DNA of 20,837 nucleotides from a virus (Duplodnaviria; Heunggongvirae; Uroviricota; Caudoviricetes): IMG/VR virus record IMGVR_UViG_2537562191_000053; one strand, 5' to 3'. Shown piece by piece: positions 14,689 to 20,837 of this stretch (position 1 is its first letter; each line of letters starts with the position of its first letter). The notes under the pieces were generated by a model. It saw only the letters and a program-made list of their open reading frames with translations, ran no database searches and was not told where the DNA came from. The position numbers and the translations under genes were made by a program.

Positions 14689-15006
14689 TAGCTAACCAAC
14701 GAAGCTAAGGTTGGTAATTAAGGAGTTCTCCACGGGTGAGGTGGAGTGCGTGCGCCGGACACGGGTGAGCATACGGCACTGACAGTTTACTGAAAGGATA
14801 TTTCCCTGAAAAGTCAGACCATAACGCGAAATGGCGCGGCGGTAAGTATGGAGGGGTTATTCCTTCCCCCGTTGAGGACACCGGGTTGTCAGGTTGACCA
14901 TACGCTTAAGTGACAACCCCGCTGCAACGCCCTCTGTTATCAATTTTCTGGTGACGTTTGGCGGTATCAGTTTTACTCCGTGACTGCTCTGCCGCCCTTT
15001 TTAAAG

Positions 15007-15154
15007 TGAATTTTGTGATGCGGTGAATGCGGCTGAGCGCACGCGGAACAGTTAAAACCAAAAACAGTGTTATGGGTGGATTCTCTGTATCCGGCGTTAA
15101 TTGTTAACTGGTTAACGTCACCTGGAGGCACCAGGCACCGCATCACAAAATTCA
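15007..15154. repeat. 19-bp perfect inverted repeat pair (TGAATTTTGTGATGCGGTG) flanking a 110-bp spacer
   Basis: Arms at about 15007-15025 and 15136-15154 read directly; the spacer holds a nested palindrome CGTTAA-ttgttaactgg-TTAACG. The right arm ends about 18 nt before ATG 15172. Confidence 0.6.
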
Positions 15155-15171
15155 TTGTTGAGGACGCGATA

Positions 15172-15360
15172 ATGGAAACGTTATTACCAAACGTTAATAC
15201 GTCTGAAGGTTGTTTTGAAATTGGTGTCACTATCAGTAACCCTGTATTTACTGAAGATGCCATTAACAAGAGAAAACACGAACGGGAGCTATTAAATAAA
15301 ATATGCATTCTTTCAATGCTGGCCCGTTTACGTCCGATACAAAAAGGATGCTGGCAATGA
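15172..15360 (+). CDS. Hypothetical 62-aa protein
   Basis: ATG with GAGGA RBS; the ORF track's longer version (GTG 15067) would read through the inverted repeat. Confidence 0.45.
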   Translation: METLLPNVNTSEGCFEIGVTISNPVFTEDAINKRKHERELLNKICILSMLARLRPIQKGCWQ

Positions 15361-15548
15361 ATACAGCATTTGCACTTGTTCTGACAGTTTTTCTTGTTTC
15401 CGGAGAGCCAGTTGATATTGCAGTCAGTGTTCACAGGACAATGCAGGAGTGTGTGACTGCAGCAACCGAACAGAAAATTCCCGGTAACTGTTACCCGGTC
15501 GATAAAGTTATTCACCAGGATAATAACGAAATCCCGGCAGGTCTTTAA
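15357..15548 (+). CDS. Small exported protein (63 aa) with N-terminal signal-peptide-like segment MNTAFALVLTVFLVSG
   Basis: ATG overlaps the upstream stop (ATGA); AAGGA RBS 8 nt upstream; hydrophobic N-terminus then polar domain with two Cys. Confidence 0.5.
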   Translation: MNTAFALVLTVFLVSGEPVDIAVSVHRTMQECVTAATEQKIPGNCYPVDKVIHQDNNEIPAGL

Positions 15549-15640
15549 AACAGTTCCGTAATAAACATCCGATTTCATTCTTATATGCCAGCAATGGCAG
15601 GGATTTGTTCACCCTTAAATCTGTAATGAGGTAAAACAAA

Positions 15641-17050
15641 ATGAGTAAAGTCTTTATTTGCGCCGCCATTCCGGACGAACAGGCAATAAAGGAAGAAGGT
15701 GCCGTCGCTGTAGCCACTGCCATTGAAGCCGGTGATGAACGTCGCGCCCGCGCAAAATTTCACTGGCAATTCCTGGAACATTATCCGGCTGCTCAGGACT
15801 GCGCTTATAAATTTCTTGTTTGCGAGGATAAACCCGGTATACCCCGCCCTGCCCTCGATTCCTGGGATGCTGAATATATGCAGGAAAACCGCTGGGATGA
15901 GGCGTCTGCTTCCTTTGTCCCGGTCGAGACTGAATCAGATCCGATGAACGTCACTTTTGACAAGCTGGCCCCTGAAGTACAGAACGCTGTCATGGTTAAG
16001 TTCGACACATGTGAAAACATCACCGTTGATATGGTGATTAGCGCGCAGGAATTGTTGCAGGAAGACATGGCAACATTCGACGGACATATCGTTGAAGCGT
16101 TGATGAAAATGCCAGAAGTTAACGCCATGTATCCGGAGCTTAAGCTGCACGCCATCGGGTGGGTTAAGCATAAATGTAAGCCTGGTGCCAAATGGCCCGA
16201 AATTCAGGCAGAGATGCGCATCTGGAAAAAACGTCGCGAAGGTGAACGCAAGGAAACCGGAAAATACACGTCTGTTGTTGATCTCGCCCGCGCCAGAGCC
16301 AATCAACAGAACACTGAAAATTCAACAGGAAAAATCAGCCAGGTCATTGCTGCCACTCATCGCGAATACAAGCAGACATGGAAAACACTGGATGACGAAC
16401 TGGCCTACGCTCTCTGGCCTGGTGATGTGGATGCCGGAAACATTGACGGCAGCATCCATCGCTGGGCGAAAAATGAAGTTATCGACAACGACCGCGAAGA
16501 CTGGAAGCGTATCTCGGCATCAATGCGCAAACAGCCTGATGCCCTTCGCTACGACCGCCAGACTATTTTTGGCCTTGTCCGTGAACGTCCGATCGACATT
16601 CACAAAGACCCTGTGGCACTGAACAAATACATTACTGAATACCTGACTACAAAGGGCGTGTTTGAAGATGAAGGAAGAAATCAGAGCGCAACTGATACTC
16701 TCTCGTCGCCAGTACCAGAAACTGATGCAGTGGAAACGGCGATTCCGGACAACGAAAAAACCGAATGCAAAGTGGAAGTCGAAGCATCTGTAGAGCGTGA
16801 GGGGCCGTTCTACTTCCTCTTCACCGACAAGGATGGCGAAAAATACGGTCGCGCAAACAAACTTTCTGGTCTGGATAAGGCGCTGGATGCCGGGGCTACT
16901 GAAATCACGAAAGAAGAATATTTCGCCCGCAAAAACAGTACATACTCAGGTTCACAACAAAATACTGGTGCATCTGACACGACCGCACAACCAGAGCCGG
17001 TAAAAGTTACCGCTGACGAAGTAAACAAAATTATGCAGGCAGCCAATATC
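15641..17050 (+). pseudogene. N-terminal 470 codons of a large early-left gene interrupted by IS629; the stop codon TGA is supplied by the first 3 nt of the IS
   Basis: GAGG RBS and ATG at 15641; ORF ends exactly at the IS boundary (stop 17051-17053 = IS terminal TGA). Confidence 0.8.
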
Positions 17051-17092
17051 TGAACCGCCCCGGGTTTCCTGGAGAGTGTTTTATCTGTGAAC

Positions 17093-17983
17093 TCAGGCTG
17101 CCAGATCATCGTTTCCGATGGAAGCATAATAAGCTTTTTCTGCTTCTGCCGGAGGAGTATGGCCCAGCCTTCCCAGCAATCGTCGATTGTTATACCAGTC
17201 CACCCACGTTAGTGTGGCCAGTTCCACTTCTGCACGGTTTTTCCAGCTCTTACGGTGTATTACCTCCGCTTTGTAAAGACCATTGATGCTCTCAGCCATC
17301 GCGTTGTCATACGAGTCGCCTGTACTCCCTGTTGATGCCAGTAATCCGGCTTCTTTTAGTCGCTCCGTATAGGCCAGTGACACATACTGAGAGCCTTTAT
17401 CGCTGTGATGGATGGTGCCAGACGGACGACGGGCCCACAACGCCTGCTCCAGCGCATCCAGCACGAATGTCGTTTCCATAGACGATGAGACCCGCCACCC
17501 CACGATGTATCCGGCAAACACATCAATGATAAACGCCACATAGACGAAGCCCTGCCATGTGCTGACGTAAGTAAAATCAGCCACCCACAGCTGGTCAGGT
17601 CGTTCTGCCACGAACTGACGGTTTACGCGGTCGCCTGCGGCAACGGCTTTCCGGCTGATGGTCGTACGGACCTTTTTACCCCGGAGAACACCGGCAAGTC
17701 CCATAACCGCCATGAGACGTGCCACTGTACATCTGGCCACCCTGATTCCTTCCCGTAACAACTGACGCCAGACTTTACGCACACCGTACACCTGATGATT
17801 TTCATCGTATACGCGCTGTATCTCTCTCTTCAGCCAGTCGTCGTGCTGCGCACGGGCACTGCGTTTATCCGGATGATGTCGCTGTTGCTGACAATGGTAA
17901 TACGTTGACGGGGCAATATGCAGTTCGCTGCATACCGGTCCGACCCCGTACTGCTCACGCAGCTTATCCAGCAGTGGCATCAT
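17093..17983 (-). CDS. IS629-like transposase OrfB (copy 2)
   Basis: Translation identical to copy 1 OrfB. Confidence 0.9.
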   Translation of the reverse strand: MMPLLDKLREQYGVGPVCSELHIAPSTYYHCQQQRHHPDKRSARAQHDDWLKREIQRVYDENHQVYGVRKVWRQLLREGIRVARCTVARLMAVMGLAGVLRGKKVRTTISRKAVAAGDRVNRQFVAERPDQLWVADFTYVSTWQGFVYVAFIIDVFAGYIVGWRVSSSMETTFVLDALEQALWARRPSGTIHHSDKGSQYVSLAYTERLKEAGLLASTGSTGDSYDNAMAESINGLYKAEVIHRKSWKNRAEVELATLTWVDWYNNRRLLGRLGHTPPAEAEKAYYASIGNDDLAA

Positions 17984-18306
17984 TTTTTCCAGAGGCGGTC
18001 GAACTCCGCCTTCGCAAAATAAGCGGAAGCCTGGCGAAGGATATCGTTACTGCGGCGCAGTTCACGATTTTCACGTTCCAGCTCTTTCAGACGCTGACGT
18101 TCAGCGCTGGTGAGCCCACCATCACCGCCCCCGGTATCCCGCTCATGCTGGCGAACCCAGACACGCAGAGTCTCCGGCGTACAGCCAATCTTTGGGGCAA
18201 TGGAACAAATTGCCGCCCACTGTGAGTCATATTCATCCTGACTTTCCAGAACCATACGAATCGCCCGCTGACGGACTTCGGGGGAAAAACGAGTATTTTT
18301 AGTCAT
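17980..18306 (-). CDS. IS629-like transposase OrfA (copy 2)
   Basis: Translation identical to copy 1 OrfA. Confidence 0.9.
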   Translation of the reverse strand: MTKNTRFSPEVRQRAIRMVLESQDEYDSQWAAICSIAPKIGCTPETLRVWVRQHERDTGGGDGGLTSAERQRLKELERENRELRRSNDILRQASAYFAKAEFDRLWKK

Positions 18307-18360
18307 CCTGTTTACCTCTTTCTCAGGGAGTTTAGTCTCCAGGATTTCCGGGGCGGTTCA

Positions 18361-19419
18361 ATCAGCCAGCCTGACGCCGATAAGTTGCTTGCTGCCTCTC
18401 GCGGAGAATTTGTTGCAGGGATTAGCGACCCGAATGATCCGAAATGGGTTAAGGGGATCCAGACCCGCGATTCTGTAAACCAGAACCAGCATGAATCGGA
18501 ACGGAACTACCAAAAAGCGGAACAAAACAGCCCAAATGCGTTACAAAACGAGCCAGAAACGAAACAGCCTGAACCAGTGGCGCAACAGGAACTGGAAAAA
18601 GTCTGCACCGCCTGCGGTCAGACCGGCGGCGGCAACTGCCCTGATTGTGGCGCAGTGATGGGCGACGCAACATACCAGGAAACATTCGATGAAGAGTATC
18701 AGGTTGAAGTTCAGGAAGATGATCCGGAGAAAATGGAAGGCGCTGAACATCCACACAAGGAGAACACTGGCGGCAATCAGCATCACGATAGCGATAATGA
18801 AACTGGCGAGACGGCAGATCACTCAATTAAGGTGAACGGTCATCAAGAAATCACATCCACCAGCAGGACGTGTGACCATCTAATGATCGACCTTGAAACC
18901 ATGGGAAAAAATCCTGATGCCCCGATCATCTCAATAGGTGCAATATTTTTCGATCCGCAAACCGGAGATATGGGACCGGAATTTAGTAAGACTATCGATC
19001 TGGAAACTGCTGGCGGAGTCATTGATCGGGACACCATTAAATGGTGGCAATCACGCGAAGCGCAATCTGCCATTATGACCGATGAAATCCCGTTAGATGA
19101 TGCACTGTTACAATTGCGGGAATTTATCGACGAAAACTCCGGTGAATTTTTTGTTCAGGTCTGGGGAAATGGAGCCAACTTCGACAACACGATTTTGCGC
19201 CGTTCATACGAACGGCAGGGGATCCCCTGCCCGTGGCGTTACTACAACGATCGCGATGTACGCACAATCGTTGAGCTGGGGAAAGCCATAGACTTCGATG
19301 CCAGAACGGCTATTCCATTCGAAGGTGAGCGCCATAATGCACTTGATGACGCCCGTTACCAGACAAAATACGTTTCAGTTATCTGGCAAAAACTGATCCC
19401 GAGTCAGGCTGATTTTTAA
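18361..19419 (+). pseudogene. C-terminal 352 codons of the IS-interrupted gene: zinc-ribbon ([16 protein letters not shown]) plus DEDDh (DnaQ-like) 3'-5' exonuclease domain
   Basis: Frame is open from the first base after the IS (ATC AGC CAG...) and continuous with the N-terminal fragment across one copy of the ATC duplication. Exo motifs MIDLETMG (I), [10 protein letters not shown] (II), [10 protein letters not shown] (III). Confidence 0.8.
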
Positions 19420-19471
19420 TGTTCAACCGTCGCCAGTTGTCGTTGATATTCTGCAACTGGCGCGTTCCGGA

Positions 19472-19750
19472 GTGATAGCCATGAGCGAACAGTACCTGAT
19501 AACGCTCGACGAGTGGAAACCAAAACGGTTCAGTCTCCCAATAACAAACACTACCCTGGTGAAATACGGAAAACTAGGATACATCGTTCCAAGACCACAA
19601 AAAATTCGTGGGCGTTGGCTGATAGATCGCCGAGCAGTATTTGTTGGGCCTGGTGAAACGGGAATTGCGCCGGAAATTCATACTGGCGATGATGATGCAC
19701 TGAAGGAGATTTTAACTCATGTCACCGAGGCCACGAAAAAACAGCACTGA
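19472..19750 (+). CDS. xis: Excisionase (Xis-like)
   Basis: 92 aa, LITLDEWKPKRFSLPI...TLVKYGKLGYIVPRP; resembles lambda Xis (from memory). Overlaps the integrase start by 32 nt as in lambda xis-int. Confidence 0.65.
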   Translation: MIAMSEQYLITLDEWKPKRFSLPITNTTLVKYGKLGYIVPRPQKIRGRWLIDRRAVFVGPGETGIAPEIHTGDDDALKEILTHVTEATKKQH

Positions 19751-20837
19751 CGTAGCCGGTCTTTACGAAAAGTTTGATCGCAGAACTGGCAGAGTTTACT
19801 ACCAGTATAAAAATCCTGTGACTGGAAAATTTCACGGACTCGGAACAGACAAAGGTAAGGCAGAAAAAATCGCTTCCACAGCCAATCAGCGGATAGCTGC
19901 AGCAGAAGCTGAATATTTCATGCGCAAAATTGATGAAAGTCCGTCAGCAACAAAACGTCGGGGTATCAGATTAAAGGCATGGGTTGATCGATATCTGAAA
20001 ATACAGGACACGCGACTGAAAAATGGAGATATTGCAGCTACAACTCACAAAGAAAAAACTCGAATGGCTGCATACCTGGTTTCCCGTCTGGGAAACCACC
20101 CATTGAAAGAACTGGAAGTAAGAGACTTTGCATTAATACTGGATGAGTGGCTGGATAAAGACATGGTCAGCACAGCGAGAGTAAATCGTGGATTATGGGT
20201 TGATATTTATAAAGAAGCACAGCATGCAGGGGAAGTTCCTCCTGGATGGAATCCTCCGGAGGCTACCCGTAAACCGATCCCTAAAGTAACCAGAGCCAGG
20301 CTCACCATGGAAGACTGGAAAAAAATTTACAATGCAACGCCTGAAAAACACTTTATCCGTAACGCAATGCTTCTTGCGATTGTTACTGGTCAGCGCCGTG
20401 ATGACATTTGCCACATGCGTTTTTCAGATGTGTGGAACGAACACTTGCATATCACCCAGGGAAAAACCGGAATGCGTCTGGCGTTACCGCTTACACTACG
20501 CTGTGATGCCATTGGGATAACGTTAAAAGAAGTTATTGATGGGTGCCGAGACAGAATATTAAGTCCATATCTAATCCATAGTCGGCACCAGAAACAACCG
20601 AAGCCGATGAGTAAAGACAACCTGAGCGACTACTTTGCCAAAGCACGGGATCTGGCTGGGATAATTCCACCAGCAGGAAAAACTCCGCCAACATTTCATG
20701 AACAACGTTCTCTATCAGAACGGCTGTATCGTGCACAGGGTATCGATACAAAAACATTACTAGGACATAAAGTCCAGGCAACCACCGACCGCTATAACGA
20801 TACTCGAGGTCAGGAATGGGTTAAGTTGGTTATTTGA
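19719..20837 (+). CDS. int: Tyrosine recombinase, lambda Int family
   Basis: 372 aa; C-terminal catalytic region ...TGQRRDDICHMRFSDV...HEQRSLSERLYRAQ...LLGHKVQATTDRYNDTRGQEWVKL with the R...H-x-x-R...Y pattern; stop is the last codon of the window, so att is just beyond. Confidence 0.9.
   Translation: MSPRPRKNSTDVAGLYEKFDRRTGRVYYQYKNPVTGKFHGLGTDKGKAEKIASTANQRIAAAEAEYFMRKIDESPSATKRRGIRLKAWVDRYLKIQDTRLKNGDIAATTHKEKTRMAAYLVSRLGNHPLKELEVRDFALILDEWLDKDMVSTARVNRGLWVDIYKEAQHAGEVPPGWNPPEATRKPIPKVTRARLTMEDWKKIYNATPEKHFIRNAMLLAIVTGQRRDDICHMRFSDVWNEHLHITQGKTGMRLALPLTLRCDAIGITLKEVIDGCRDRILSPYLIHSRHQKQPKPMSKDNLSDYFAKARDLAGIIPPAGKTPPTFHEQRSLSERLYRAQGIDTKTLLGHKVQATTDRYNDTRGQEWVKLVI

Larger units (their letters stand above)
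17051..18360 (-). mobile_element. IS629-like element (1310 bp), copy 2, inverted relative to copy 1, flanked by ATC direct repeats
   Basis: Same terminal sequences and identical OrfA/OrfB translations as copy 1; ORF offsets from the ends are identical (54 and 42 nt). Confidence 0.9.

Noticed and set aside
14973-15578. 201-aa minus-strand ORF
   Set aside because: Low-complexity Cys-rich translation, antisense to three plus-strand genes that have good RBSs; spans the inverted-repeat region.
13860-15640. Search for a lambda N-like antiterminator (short Arg-rich protein) downstream of the pL-like promoter
   Set aside because: None of the small plus-strand ORFs has an Arg-rich N-terminal motif, so no N homolog is reported.
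6213-18360. Interpretation of the inverted IS629 pair as a composite transposon that delivered the defence-like island
   Set aside because: Copy 2 is a simple insertion inside one gene whose two halves are collinear and in frame across a single ATC duplication; the segment between the copies is mostly ordinary prophage backbone of normal GC, and only 7740-10055 is compositionally foreign.

Overview
This window reads as about 21 kb of an enterobacterial lambdoid prophage, from the start of the late region to the integrase, in inverted orientation. All functional calls come from reading motifs and gene order by eye; no database search was possible, and coordinates of non-ORF features may be off by 1-2 nt. 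Left (minus strand): a 5' fragment of a NanS-p-type sialate O-acetylesterase gene, a tRNA cluster (Ile2-CAU, a degenerate tRNA-like element, Arg-UCU), a beta-class DNA methyltransferase, a Q-like antiterminator candidate followed by a tR'-like terminator, RusA and a DUF968-like protein. Middle: an O-like replication initiator with internal origin iterons, YdaT/CII-like and Cro-like genes, a divergent and apparently leaderless cI-like repressor, and a ParDE-like toxin-antitoxin pair. Right (plus strand): small early-left genes, xis and a lambda-type tyrosine integrase ending at the window edge. Two full-length 1310-bp IS629-like (IS3 family) elements lie in inverted orientation at 6213-7522 and 17051-18360, each with 3-bp ATC duplications; the second splits a large gene with a C-terminal DEDDh exonuclease domain. 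The most interesting feature is an AT-rich island of about 2.3 kb (roughly 7740-10055) in the nin-region hotspot. It carries a convergent, 3'-overlapping gene pair (365-aa unknown protein plus 192-aa PD-(D/E)xK nuclease-like protein) that looks like a horizontally acquired defence or conflict module. No stx genes occupy the stx-equivalent slot between the tRNAs and the esterase.
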